40,864 nt of DNA from positions 1-40,864 of IMG/VR virus record IMGVR_UViG_3300043409_000588; one strand, given 5' to 3'. This document shows, piece by piece, positions 9,401 through 19,607 of the stretch; the stretch's first letter is position 1; each line of letters starts with the position of its first letter. The DNA comes from a virus. Lineage: Duplodnaviria; Caudoviricetes. The notes under the pieces are model-generated. The model was not told where the DNA came from, did no database searches, and was given only the letters and a program-made list of their open reading frames with translations. A program made the translations under genes and the position numbers.

Positions 9401-12400
9401 TTTGTAAGCCTGTGTTTGAAGTGACTCAATCCTGTCAATGGAATCTAGAATTTCTCTTCCATCTTTTCCGACAACACTTCTGAAATGTTCTTCCTTAACG
9501 GCTTCAACGAACTTGTTGTCAGCCTTAAGTCTGTCATCCTGTCTGTCTTCTTTCCATCTCTGCTGTAGTTCCTCTACCTTTTTTCTATTAATTGGGTCTT
9601 GAACCCAAGCACCTTCTGCGTGGTTAAGACTGCTTCCTTCAAGAACTGTGTTAAGGTCATCTCCAAGGTTAAACTCTGTGCTGGGTCTAGCCTTCTGCCT
9701 ACCAGCCTCCATAATGTCTTCAAACATAAGACCTCTTTCAGCGGAAACATCCCTAAGCATTGCTTCAACATTAAGATTAACATCCTGCGGTCTCTGGTGA
9801 ACACGAAGTTGACTTCTGATGTGTGTAGTTTCTTCACCCTTCTTTCCAATAACTTCAACAGCAAGTTTAGGGAACTTCTCAGCGTTCATCTTAACCCATT
9901 CTTTAAACAATGGTAGCGTGTGTGTAGCACCAAACTCACGAGCGTGTTTCTTGGCTAGATAATACTCCTGTGTAAGCGTCCACTCAGCATCCTTCATACC
10001 TTCTGGTCTAACAGGGCGAGGTTCCTTTGGTCCTTTGTCTGCCTGTTTTTCAGCCCTATCAAGGAGCAAGTTAATCCGTTCAAGTCTGCTACCAGTAATG
10101 CCTCTCCAGTTGTCTGAAGCAGTCATCATACCTTCAAGGAATGCTGTATGCATATCCTTCACAGTAACAGCAGAAGACTTCTTTCCTACAACGCCTTCAG
10201 TATCTGGAAGGTATCTGGGTGTCATAGCCTTACCACCAGTAAGGTTCTTAATCTTACCCATATTGATTACGCTAGTCCACATCTCGTCCTTTCCTCCATC
10301 AACCAATCCTTTAAGCCATCCCTGTGTAACCTTAATTCCACTAGCCTCTGCGTATTGTTGAGCAAGGAACTGAACCTTAAGTTTAACCTTTTCAAGATTC
10401 AACTTATTGTAATCCAGAAGGTTTTTCATTCCGTCATAAGCACCTTGATGCTGAATGAGAAGTTGTGACTGAGCCTGTCTTTCTTTTCTGATTCTTACAA
10501 TGTAATCCATTGTAGGCTCTCCCTGCAACATAGGCATCTTGGTATCAAGCCAGTTGGCTGTGTCATACTTACCGCCTACTCCATTTTCCTTTGAGTATCT
10601 ATCCTGCTGTGCCAGCCAAGTCTGCTGTTCAGACATAGACATCTTCGAGAACTCTGGGAATGCACCCAAGTCCAGAAGTTTCTGTTCTAGTGCATAGATT
10701 CTGTTCTGTGCATTGCGTACATTTTGGTCTGCATTTTTGATGTCTGCATCAATCTGCTTTTCAACTTCCTTTACCATATCAGACGGAGACCACATTTCTT
10801 CTGGGTATGCTTCCTTGCCGTCTGCGTACCTTTCCTTACGAAGTTTTCTGTAACGCTCCATATACAGGTTTCTTACTTCACTTTGGTGCTTATCAATTTC
10901 AGCCTGTAACTTTTTAATCTTAACAAGGTTTCCTTCCTTGGGGTCTAAAACTTTATCAATTCTACCCGCTTCTTTTTCTTTGAAAGCCTTAAGTTTATAA
11001 TGGAATGTGCGGTACATCTCTTTCACATAAGCATCAAAAGACTTTGTGTTAAGGTTACCTTTCTTAAGGTTCTTGATAGCCGTAGCCATCTCAAGCATAG
11101 TATGAGGAGTATCAATAACAGTAACACTTCCATCCTGTCCCATCTCAAGGATGACACCCCTATCAGTAAAGAGTTTACCCTTTAGGTCTGTAATCTGCTC
11201 TCTGAGCGTTGCGAGTTCATCGGCAGAACCCTTACGCTTAACAATAGAAGTCTTGTTCTTTCCAGACGGAACAGTTCTTTCAACAACTCCATTGGCAAAG
11301 TCACGCTCAAGTTGGTCAATTCTCTGCTGAGTATCAATGTCACCTCGTCCTCTTTTCCTATCTGGTTCTCCATCTCTCTTAGGAAGAGCCTCATCAATAA
11401 GATAGTTTTCGTACTTCCTTACAGCAACATAATGGTTGCCCTGTTTGTACAATGCAAAATTAGAAAAGTCCTGTCCACCAAGCATACCAACATCAGCCTG
11501 TTTGTCCTCGGCAAGCCATTTTGTAATGATGTAGTCCTTAACTGGTCCGTGTACTTGACCGAAATTCATAGACAGAGCGGTTGCTGGCTGTCTCTTTACG
11601 ATAGCGTGTGTGGCTTCAGATAGAAACTCTCTGATAATCTTTCCTCTTTCTGTGTTAGAAGCAGTACTAGAGCCTTCTTTCTTCATTGGCTTGGTAAGGA
11701 TAGCCTCACCAGTACGCATATCACGAAGGATAAGAGCAGAGTCATCAGCCCAAACGCCTTCTTCAATGACCTTAAAGTGAGTGCCTTCAAAGTCCCAGAT
11801 ATTGTGACCATCAATGGTCATCAGCGTGTCACCAGAACCAGCAAACAGTTTCTGTGTAACCTTAAACACTTTACCTTCTTTTGTTACATCACGAGTGTCT
11901 GGACGCTTTGTCCAGTTGATGCCTTCAAAACCATTTTCCTCAAGTTCAATTAGTGCTTTGACTAGGTTTTCTCTGAGAGCCTTCTTCTTGTCTATGACAA
12001 TTTTCTTTCCGTCAACAGACTCTCTTTCTGCGTATTCATAATACAGTCTCACGCTCTCAGCAATAGCCTCATAAGAACCAAGTTTGATTAAACCTTTTCT
12101 AGACTGGTCATACAGAACGGCTCTAACCATTTCTGCAATCTCCCTATGGTTAACAACCTTATTGTCCAATGGAATATCAAGAGCGGTAAGGGTATCAAGC
12201 ACACGCTCGTGGAACTCAGAGGTAAGCATTCCTTCAATCTTTTCAGAATGCATTCTGAACAAAGCACGGCTCATCTCTGCCTCTTTCTTAACATCTCTAT
12301 ACTTGTCCCAAGACTCCATAAGGCTACCACGCTGACCCCAGCCAGCCTCAGTAAGGGTCTTAAATACAAACGCCCTAGTCTTCTCAGCAAAAGCCTCTTT

Positions 12401-15400
12401 CAATTTCTTCTCGTTAACAATATCCATAAGACTGCCATCAGTTAATGGAATCTTGTTAGCCAACTGTGCATCAAGCAGGAAGAAGATATCCTTCTGTGCA
12501 TCATCAAACTTTTTGTAAAACTTCTTTGGACCACCGTGCTTACCATAAAGGTCATCAACAATGCTTTGATTTGTCTGGAGCCATTCAGCAGTAGTTCCCT
12601 TCTTGATTGCATCAAGGTACTCTGGGATAGCCTTAAAAATCTGGAAGTCTCTCTCACTCATTTCAGCAATATGTGCAAGCATTGGGATACCGCTGTCCTC
12701 AATCTTTCTGCCAGTAAGACCACCCTTCTTCTTAATTCTTCCAAGCACAGTTCCGTTAATTTCAAGAACTTCTTTCTGGATATCCCTTCCAGCAACCCTG
12801 CCAGTAGTTACGGTTTTTGCATTTACGCTGACTCCACTAAGAGCAACATCAGCAATCTGATTAAGAACCTCTGTAGGAGCAACTGGGAACTTCTCTCTTA
12901 AAGCCTTAATGGTGTGACTTCTAAGTTGGCTCGCAATCTTTGCTCTGTCTGCTGGACCAAACTTTTCAGCCTGTTCTTTTTTCGTCAGTTGTTTGACCTT
13001 AGCAAGTTGTTCTTGGATAAGACTATCAAGACCTTCTTCGGTAAGGCGTTCTGGGTTCTGCAAGACGGTGTTTCCATCTTCAGATACAATATGAGAAAGG
13101 AATGCTTTCTGGATATCAGCCTCAGTATAGTTTCCTTTCTGCAAAGCCCTAATCTTATCTTGAAGGACTTCGGTAATTGTCTTGGGAGGATTATGTGTTG
13201 CAGTCCTAGGCTTCTTAGCAGGGCTAAAGGCAAAGTAATTAGCCTCTGCTCTTCTGGACACATTTTCAATGAACCTTCTGTTATCAAGCAAGGCAACGGC
13301 AGTACTATTAGTATCTGCAATTCTGTTATGATACTGATACTCAACGGAGTTGATTCCGTTTTCATTCATAAACTTAACAGTTTCTGGAGTGAACAGCCAC
13401 ACATCAAGGTCGTGACCTTCGTGCATAAGCACATTTTCGTGAGTGTTAAACAGTTCACCAACCGTTACGCCTTCTCCAGTCTCAATTGAAAGCAGTTCAG
13501 CCAGTAGGGATTCTCTGCTTTTTCCAGTCAGTTCAGACATTCGATTGACTAGAACTCCAGCAACATCCTCAACTGTAGAAGTTGGGTGCAGGTCGCTTAG
13601 GTCAATGTGCTTCTGAGTGTCAATGTATCCAGTCTTCATAGACCCCTTGCTTACCAAGGAGGCAAGACCCATATCTGGAGTGTAGTGAAGCCAGCCTGTA
13701 TCAGAGAAGTATTCACCACCTCTAGAGCCAAACCTATTACCAAGACCTTCGTCTACATAATCAAACACAGACGATTCACTCTTTCTTTTCTGTGAAGAGT
13801 ATGGCTTATTAAGAGAATAAACTGCAAGGACTTCTCCATCCTTGTTTCTGTATACGCTATTCTGAAGTGCAGAAAGTTCGTGCGTTCTGAGCGGGTTGCC
13901 TTCGTGGTCTCTCTTAACCTTAGCAGGGCTATGGTTGTACTGGCTTCTGACATAAGCAGAGTTCCAATCAACACCGAATCCTTCACCATTTCTGGTAGTG
14001 ATTCTTCCCATTCTTCTGATGTTCATATCAAAGATGACATCGGGAACCTCAACTTTCTTTCCTTCCATTCTGTTCTGTAGTTTCCATCTAGGATTGGAAT
14101 GCTCACCTCTGCGAACCATCTCATTAGTAGGATGGAAGCCAAGAACGGCATTAGCAATCGTTCTCATATGACCAGCATCTCTAGCACCTACAGCACCATT
14201 GGCTTGGAAGATTCTAATGCCACCTTCTTTAGACTCAGAGTTTGAATAATGAGTAATCAAGTCCTTACAGGCTTGGTACAGGTTTGTCTTATCTCCAAAA
14301 AGTTTTCTTACAGTTCTCCAAGACATACCAGTCTCAACCCACTTAGCCCAAGCATAGTCAACACGCTTAATTAGAGCATCGTGGTCAATGGCTGTAACTT
14401 TAATCTGAGCAGTACCAACGCTCATTTCTGGCTCACCATCAACCATTCGTTTATTTCGTTCAAAGTACAGGTGCAGTTCAACAGGAATGAAGTTAGTGTG
14501 GCGTACTCTTTCTTCACCTGCTTCGTATGTGATACGGCTACCATCATTATTTTCCTTCTGCTTTGCCATATACTCAGTCTTGGCAATGTTAGATACATTC
14601 TTAGCAAACACGCCTTCTCTCGCCATCTCGATGATGGTGTTAAGTTCAGCAAATCTCTTCACGGTATTAGCAGGAAGGTGGTCGGAAAGAATCTTAAGTT
14701 CGGCAGTAGACGCTCTTCCAGTAATAGTGATTCTTGGATTACCTTCCCAGACGCTTTCCCAGAACTTCTTACGCTTGTCGGTAGACCATCTGCCAGAACC
14801 AGAAGTGTCTTCACCAGCAACTTCTTCAGCGGTGGCGATTTCGTCTTCGTCAATTGTCTTTCTCTTCTTCCTAGGGGTGGCTGGTTCTACTTCATCCCAA
14901 TGGTCTGCAATTGCTCTTCTGTTCGGAAGTTTGTTTTGTACTGGCTTAGTTCCAGTAACCTCTTCTTCCAACTGCTTCTTTGTCTTAGGCTTCTTTGGCT
15001 TACCTCTAGAGAACGCCATTGGACCATCTCCACCATTGTTTCCGTTAACAGTAATCTTAAGACCTCTCTGGCTCTTATCTAGTTCAAGGATGCTCCGCAG
15101 AACATTCTGCATCGAAACAGCGGTTTCCTTATCAAGGTCAGATTCAGATGTACGCTTAAGACCGCCAGTAGCGTCCTTGCTCCACAGATGTTCCAACTCG
15201 TTTACAACAGCACCCTCAATGCCACCACCCTTACGAGGATTAATAGTCCAGCCAGTATACATCTCCTTAGAGGCAGTCTTGACAAAATGCTCCATCAACT
15301 TTTCCAGTTTAGGAATACGGACTCTCTGACCAGTTTTCTGGTCAAGGAAGAAGTGGTCGATGTTAGTTCCGAAATTAAAGTGAGCACCAGCAGAGGTTAA

Positions 15401-17575
15401 GTCTGTGTGCATAATGTTCTGGTAAGAATCCTTAGCCAGTTGAACAGCGTTACGGATAAGACCTAGGTCACCACCCTTAAGGAGATAGTCGATAGGCTTG
15501 TCTTCAATGAAACGATTCCAGTACGAAGCAAGGAACTCCTCAAATAGGCTGTGCATCTTGCCACCAAGGTCTTTACCTTCTCTGAAATCGTTGATGACCT
15601 CGTCCCAATGCTTATCAAGTTCTTGGAAGTGACCATCATTAACAGGAGCCTTCTTTGCAGTTTCTTGTTCAAGACCAACATAGGATTCCTTGAACTGTTT
15701 AAGAAGTTTAAGTGCCTGTTCTTTTGGCATACGATACAGAGCACCCTTATGGTCATCCGTACCAATGAGGGCTTGCATTGCATCTTGATGAAACACTTCA
15801 CGATATCTTTCAGACATCATAAGCGTGTGGAAGAGTTCTTCCTTAACGGCAGACTTAACAGCCCTATCAGCGTTGATGATGGTAACCATTTCACCGCTAA
15901 GTTTCTGTCTAAAAGCAACGCCACCCCAAGTATCAGCCTGTGCCAGTTTAAACTTTTCGTAATCAACCCACTCGGCATCAGTCATTCTGGCTTGGATTTC
16001 CTGCTCAGTAAGAATCAGTCTTCTTACATTACGCTGGAGTCTTTCAGCAGAAGCAATGTCAGACATAACTTCCAACTTAGCCTTTTCGCCACCGCCCTTA
16101 CCATCGTTATAATCTCTCTCAACATTTGTAAGGAGTCGATGGAGACCCTGCTGGTTAGCCAAATCATAGTGCTGAGTAGACCACAGGAAGTTCTTAATCA
16201 CTTCGTTAGGGGAATTGCCACCAGCGACAGTATTATGGAAAGCACCAATCTGGTGGAAAGCACCACCAAGCACAAAGCCAGAACCAATGCCATTGTAGAA
16301 GCCTTCTTCACCGCCAAAGGTAAAGCCAAACGCACCACCATACATACCAGCGTGTAGTGTGGTATGAGCCGTAGCAGTACCCCATTCAAGGAACGGAGAG
16401 CCAGTCTTAGCCCAAGTGTTAGCCATAGCCGAAACAACCTTACTCTCAGACTCCATAGCAATACGCTCAGAGAGTCTCATACCAGCATTCTTGGGGGCTT
16501 CTCTAGCAATTCTAGCACCTGTTTCAACAGCACCAGCAAGACCCTCTCCAAGTTTAGCAACACCCCAAGTAAGGGTAGTTACAGACCAAGCAGGAATCTT
16601 AACAGCATTCATACCAACAGCAGTCATAGCACCTCTACCAAGGTCAGACTTGTCAACAACTTGACCAGAAGTTCCGATGAAAGCATCGATTTCAAATGTA
16701 TCTTTAAGGTCTTTTAGAAGTGATTCTTCAACCTTAAGAATGCCAGCAGACAATCTTCCAGCACTTTCACCAACCTTTTTAGCATTACCTTCAATACTCT
16801 TAGATGCCCAGATGCCAGCACTAGCCAACTGCTCGTTAAGACGAAGCATTCTGTTTGCACTATTCATACCCTTAGCAAGGGCAGATTCGATTCCGAAATT
16901 AGGTGCTACCCAAGAAGGGTCTGCAACATAACTAATAGCCATAACTACAGCAGGATTCCAAAGTTCAACTTTGTGACCACCAACCTCAATTTCTTTTGGA
17001 AGAAAATAGCCGTTTCTAGTGTGCTCCTCAATGCTCTGTCTGAGGTCTAGCATATTCATCAAGTTAGAGTAGTACTCTTCATCACTATTGTTCTTCTTAA
17101 ATAGCATCTTGTGAATCAAACTGTCTTCATTAAACTTACCTTCCTCGTACATATGATACCAATTGGCAGTACCCATAATAGCACCTTCAATAACAGAACC
17201 TACAACCTTTGGGACTTTAAGGTGCAAAGCATCTCCGATTAGTTCATAAGCACCAGAGCCAAGGTCGCTTGCGGTAGCAGACATTGCACTTGTAATACCA
17301 TTCCACATATCGACTTCTTTAGTCTTCATATGCTCACGGTAAATAAGAGCCTGTTTAAAGGTAGGTCTATGACCTTCTGCACCAAATCTAGCAATCATTC
17401 CAGCAACAGCCTCTCCGTCCAGTTCTTCAGAGGGAGCCTCATCTGCCCTTGTTTCCTCCTCAAGGTCTGTCTTGGGGTCAGCAACGGCTACCTGTGACGG
17501 CAGGATGTATCCCTGCTCAGATGCAATCCTACGAAGGTCTTCTTCGGAGGAATAAGTAAAGTTTTGCGATTCCAT
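6425..17575 (-). CDS. Giant (3716 aa) internal virion/ejection protein of polyvalent type
   Basis: Third of three genes after the tail module. Gly-rich hydrophobic N-terminal region, zincin-like EELFH/EEFLA segment, ART-like segment, long coiled coils. Confidence 0.75.
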   Translation of the reverse strand: MESQNFTYSSEEDLRRIASEQGYILPSQVAVADPKTDLEEETRADEAPSEELDGEAVAGMIARFGAEGHRPTFKQALIYREHMKTKEVDMWNGITSAMSATASDLGSGAYELIGDALHLKVPKVVGSVIEGAIMGTANWYHMYEEGKFNEDSLIHKMLFKKNNSDEEYYSNLMNMLDLRQSIEEHTRNGYFLPKEIEVGGHKVELWNPAVVMAISYVADPSWVAPNFGIESALAKGMNSANRMLRLNEQLASAGIWASKSIEGNAKKVGESAGRLSAGILKVEESLLKDLKDTFEIDAFIGTSGQVVDKSDLGRGAMTAVGMNAVKIPAWSVTTLTWGVAKLGEGLAGAVETGARIAREAPKNAGMRLSERIAMESESKVVSAMANTWAKTGSPFLEWGTATAHTTLHAGMYGGAFGFTFGGEEGFYNGIGSGFVLGGAFHQIGAFHNTVAGGNSPNEVIKNFLWSTQHYDLANQQGLHRLLTNVERDYNDGKGGGEKAKLEVMSDIASAERLQRNVRRLILTEQEIQARMTDAEWVDYEKFKLAQADTWGGVAFRQKLSGEMVTIINADRAVKSAVKEELFHTLMMSERYREVFHQDAMQALIGTDDHKGALYRMPKEQALKLLKQFKESYVGLEQETAKKAPVNDGHFQELDKHWDEVINDFREGKDLGGKMHSLFEEFLASYWNRFIEDKPIDYLLKGGDLGLIRNAVQLAKDSYQNIMHTDLTSAGAHFNFGTNIDHFFLDQKTGQRVRIPKLEKLMEHFVKTASKEMYTGWTINPRKGGGIEGAVVNELEHLWSKDATGGLKRTSESDLDKETAVSMQNVLRSILELDKSQRGLKITVNGNNGGDGPMAFSRGKPKKPKTKKQLEEEVTGTKPVQNKLPNRRAIADHWDEVEPATPRKKRKTIDEDEIATAEEVAGEDTSGSGRWSTDKRKKFWESVWEGNPRITITGRASTAELKILSDHLPANTVKRFAELNTIIEMAREGVFAKNVSNIAKTEYMAKQKENNDGSRITYEAGEERVRHTNFIPVELHLYFERNKRMVDGEPEMSVGTAQIKVTAIDHDALIKRVDYAWAKWVETGMSWRTVRKLFGDKTNLYQACKDLITHYSNSESKEGGIRIFQANGAVGARDAGHMRTIANAVLGFHPTNEMVRRGEHSNPRWKLQNRMEGKKVEVPDVIFDMNIRRMGRITTRNGEGFGVDWNSAYVRSQYNHSPAKVKRDHEGNPLRTHELSALQNSVYRNKDGEVLAVYSLNKPYSSQKRKSESSVFDYVDEGLGNRFGSRGGEYFSDTGWLHYTPDMGLASLVSKGSMKTGYIDTQKHIDLSDLHPTSTVEDVAGVLVNRMSELTGKSRESLLAELLSIETGEGVTVGELFNTHENVLMHEGHDLDVWLFTPETVKFMNENGINSVEYQYHNRIADTNSTAVALLDNRRFIENVSRRAEANYFAFSPAKKPRTATHNPPKTITEVLQDKIRALQKGNYTEADIQKAFLSHIVSEDGNTVLQNPERLTEEGLDSLIQEQLAKVKQLTKKEQAEKFGPADRAKIASQLRSHTIKALREKFPVAPTEVLNQIADVALSGVSVNAKTVTTGRVAGRDIQKEVLEINGTVLGRIKKKGGLTGRKIEDSGIPMLAHIAEMSERDFQIFKAIPEYLDAIKKGTTAEWLQTNQSIVDDLYGKHGGPKKFYKKFDDAQKDIFFLLDAQLANKIPLTDGSLMDIVNEKKLKEAFAEKTRAFVFKTLTEAGWGQRGSLMESWDKYRDVKKEAEMSRALFRMHSEKIEGMLTSEFHERVLDTLTALDIPLDNKVVNHREIAEMVRAVLYDQSRKGLIKLGSYEAIAESVRLYYEYAERESVDGKKIVIDKKKALRENLVKALIELEENGFEGINWTKRPDTRDVTKEGKVFKVTQKLFAGSGDTLMTIDGHNIWDFEGTHFKVIEEGVWADDSALILRDMRTGEAILTKPMKKEGSSTASNTERGKIIREFLSEATHAIVKRQPATALSMNFGQVHGPVKDYIITKWLAEDKQADVGMLGGQDFSNFALYKQGNHYVAVRKYENYLIDEALPKRDGEPDRKRGRGDIDTQQRIDQLERDFANGVVERTVPSGKNKTSIVKRKGSADELATLREQITDLKGKLFTDRGVILEMGQDGSVTVIDTPHTMLEMATAIKNLKKGNLNTKSFDAYVKEMYRTFHYKLKAFKEKEAGRIDKVLDPKEGNLVKIKKLQAEIDKHQSEVRNLYMERYRKLRKERYADGKEAYPEEMWSPSDMVKEVEKQIDADIKNADQNVRNAQNRIYALEQKLLDLGAFPEFSKMSMSEQQTWLAQQDRYSKENGVGGKYDTANWLDTKMPMLQGEPTMDYIVRIRKERQAQSQLLIQHQGAYDGMKNLLDYNKLNLEKVKLKVQFLAQQYAEASGIKVTQGWLKGLVDGGKDEMWTSVINMGKIKNLTGGKAMTPRYLPDTEGVVGKKSSAVTVKDMHTAFLEGMMTASDNWRGITGSRLERINLLLDRAEKQADKGPKEPRPVRPEGMKDAEWTLTQEYYLAKKHAREFGATHTLPLFKEWVKMNAEKFPKLAVEVIGKKGEETTHIRSQLRVHQRPQDVNLNVEAMLRDVSAERGLMFEDIMEAGRQKARPSTEFNLGDDLNTVLEGSSLNHAEGAWVQDPINRKKVEELQQRWKEDRQDDRLKADNKFVEAVKEEHFRSVVGKDGREILDSIDRIESLQTQAYKLYRIVDELEFQQHQLSITGDKDGEIPNLKAKQTAYEERIYKLNSEIKPLEVRIQQTIDITAVKEKQDAVARMSEPLRRIEENITSLRAEFDARNLLIQKLNPPAVPVPEGGPAGSRAQIERATALAQNAKRPTRAQYEEIKTAKQEMAEIQKEIHAEEAKAIPLRKAIKDTGVEAGEWKYPKGSVETDISPVQIAKFNNPAYQMVIDMVNKKRQNIDAYLLQRERTLNERKQLAESHATDYAKHLATFDARAKQLGYSSSSLIVSPNNPRTHQIYLAFPKISYDLYGSMHPLDWSGSEWQIGTTARGEKTISFGSSNDPAYVLYNKEVQGGRKIYTLADYMFFAQKKAEYHIANPDMPISAEDAMLIRTLVPPDVYVIPKNKADTIIDSHWREIKRIKSGILDNLDVPSNAKALVTRFVEDGLDLVIGRRQDRINAFKRLEGLSDAEFLDRTKDMTPEQVDQMTFKKEYIEQAYYWLQDAKDVGGFIYLTENTATYEKQDPKNKNSTKPFLTEKLSIQSIIEMDGFLAQLQESMDRRKISSMFDTKPYSKTLYEALPIQERVNLDATVVQKLALENDAGVLRHQGLLEAERRGNPQWFPDQQKDIQYTGNDADSIRLEHERIESLLKKVGAVEASIAMYKGEVTNFISKRPWALDHLLSLKDDGVHFSNLVWKDGDVMTRADSMRTSNDGRYIIKRQPYGKDFRYQLYYIGETFLGADGVKIYEIPTSELGTFSDTTQAQVMARFIEDDVVRLRTLQSLVKGGNDNYSPTKVFNTLIPFSSTKAGHILGSLAEVPAFSSAVIRAYEAHGGKPEHSSTMKKVLSPLQDFGELQYFAVNGNGQVVLKTRIITPSVEGTLKKYFDLSYTADGHKTWTSKDRTQTSPAPANTEHTAPTASNPALETPTVHEQKLADITSFEAISNVQVEGQNFQQWEVIRNKLNYQIIRTKVNGTQQFKLFNQSSLFIGQFHHEQEAVDEIFAKEFAEKGLKYVR

Positions 17576-19602
17576 TATTGGGGTTTATGGGTTCTTGCGG
17601 AAGCCCTTTCAGCAAGGTCTCTGGCTTTTAGTTCTTCGAATGTGGGAATACCAGCCTTATCTGCATATTTCATCATCTTAGCCATTGTCTCCTTGCTTAC
17701 TGCATTAGGCTTATCTTCAAGAACCTTGCCACCCATAGCAGTCCACTTACCAAGAATCTTGTTTCCGATGATACGCTCCATAGCGTTAATAATTTCAATC
17801 TGTTCAGCGGGAGTAAATGTCTTAAGGAATGAGTTGTCGGTTACCATTGTGGTAAGTCGTGCATTGTCCTTGTCGGTTTCCTGTCCGCTTGCGATGAAGT
17901 ACTTTCTGTAAGTCTGAGCCTGTAGGGACAGATTCTCGTATTTCTGATTGTATGAAACGCTAAGATTCTTCTCAACAACGCCAGCACCATTAATCAGACT
18001 CTTCATCTCTGCACCAATTCTTCTGATATCTACGACAGCACCTAGACCTTCGCTGACAAACTGGGAATCTTCAACTGGGTTAGGAGACCTAAGATTGTCA
18101 ATAGTGCCATTGTAAACAAGGGTGAACCCATTTCCTTGAGGACCATAATGAAGTCCCTTTCCAGCGTGTCCCTGTAGCCAAGTGTTAGTACCAAGTCTGT
18201 TCTGCTCAAATTGATTCTTAGGTGCTTCAGCAGTAACCTGTGAAAGGCTATTATACGGAACCCATCTTTCGTTAGCACCCTTGCCAACTTGAACAACCTT
18301 GTTGCCTTGACCATCGTATGACCACGGAATGCGATGACCAACATTCAGAATCTTAAATTGCTCAAAAGAGAATGGCATCTTGTCTCCCATTCTTGCCGAC
18401 ACAGCGTCATATCTAGCCTTCTCTTGGGCATCTGGGTGAATAGGAACTTCAATCTTAGTTACAGAAATGCTGTCAGTAGTGCCTGTTACATCAACCCAAG
18501 CCTTGTCAAAAACAGCACCATTGGGAACCATCCCAACGCCATAGTTCTTAGCAAGTCTTTCTTGTACTGGCTTAGTCTTTACAATGTTTTTAGCCATTGC
18601 ATACGCACCATTCATATTTGAAATTGGACCACTAAATCCTTCTGGGAAGAATACCTGTGCCTGTGCTCTTAGGGCTGGAGATTCAAGTTCAGTACCAACC
18701 TTAAATGCGTTTCTAATGAACTTTTCAGTAGCACCACTATTGCGATGTAGTTCTTGATTGTCCTTTAATGGAAGTTCTGGGTTAAAAGGAACCTTTGCAT
18801 CTGTAATTCCAGCAAAATGCTGTGCAGTAGCGTGAGAAGGATAGTCATCGTAAACCTTAATCTGTGCATCGTGCGTTTCCCTTGTAACTACATCTTCAGC
18901 CTTAAGACCATTCTGAGCCATCACAGATTCAATGTCAGTCTGCCAAGCAAGAAGTTCTCCTGTCTTAGAATACAGGTCACCAATTCTGTGCTGGGTTACA
19001 ATCTTTTTTTCACCAATGGCTGTAGTAGCAACCTTCTCTCTTTCAATGTCAATTAGAGCCTTCTGTGTTGCAACACCACGCTGGAATTCAGCGTCTTTTC
19101 TTTGTGCGTCTTGTTCAGCAAGTAGGAGAGTTTTCTCTCTAGCCAGCATTTCTCTGCCCTTGATATCGTTGTCAAACTCCTGCTGTTTCTCAACCTTGTA
19201 CTTATTCTCATCACCCATCCACGCTCTAAGTTTGTTGGTATCAATACCAGCCATACCCTTAACCGCAGTATCAGTAGTAGACCAATCATTACCGCCAGCC
19301 TTAAACGCCTCCTTAATAAGCAAAGCAGTATGAGATGGAGCAGTTGAATCTACTTCAAAATCACCTCTGCCACTATCATCATTAGGGTCTTGTCTTAGGT
19401 ATTTCATCGCAGATGTTATGGCGTTTTGTGCCATAATATCGTGCTCTGCCTGTTCTCGCTTGTACCCAGTATAAGCCTCTCCCACGCCCTGTCCAAAGTC
19501 AGCGATGCCCTTTCTTAGCATCTCGCTGATTTGACCAACAGCAGGAAGAATGTTAATCTGACCTACCTGCTCAGATGTGTATTGTGTAAATGGATTAGGC
19601 AT
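17575..19602 (-). CDS. Probable internal virion/ejection protein (675 aa)
   Basis: Sits between the small and giant ejection proteins; N-terminal GIADFGQGVGEA segment then a coiled coil. Call is by synteny. Confidence 0.6.
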   Translation of the reverse strand: MPNPFTQYTSEQVGQINILPAVGQISEMLRKGIADFGQGVGEAYTGYKREQAEHDIMAQNAITSAMKYLRQDPNDDSGRGDFEVDSTAPSHTALLIKEAFKAGGNDWSTTDTAVKGMAGIDTNKLRAWMGDENKYKVEKQQEFDNDIKGREMLAREKTLLLAEQDAQRKDAEFQRGVATQKALIDIEREKVATTAIGEKKIVTQHRIGDLYSKTGELLAWQTDIESVMAQNGLKAEDVVTRETHDAQIKVYDDYPSHATAQHFAGITDAKVPFNPELPLKDNQELHRNSGATEKFIRNAFKVGTELESPALRAQAQVFFPEGFSGPISNMNGAYAMAKNIVKTKPVQERLAKNYGVGMVPNGAVFDKAWVDVTGTTDSISVTKIEVPIHPDAQEKARYDAVSARMGDKMPFSFEQFKILNVGHRIPWSYDGQGNKVVQVGKGANERWVPYNSLSQVTAEAPKNQFEQNRLGTNTWLQGHAGKGLHYGPQGNGFTLVYNGTIDNLRSPNPVEDSQFVSEGLGAVVDIRRIGAEMKSLINGAGVVEKNLSVSYNQKYENLSLQAQTYRKYFIASGQETDKDNARLTTMVTDNSFLKTFTPAEQIEIINAMERIIGNKILGKWTAMGGKVLEDKPNAVSKETMAKMMKYADKAGIPTFEELKARDLAERASARTHKPQ

Positions 19603-19607
19603 ATGCT

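Noticed and set aside
6425-17575. Giant protein as an N4-like or crAss-like virion RNA polymerase
   Set aside because: The size fits, but I found no DxDxD or T7-type catalytic motifs. A structure search would be needed to exclude it fully.
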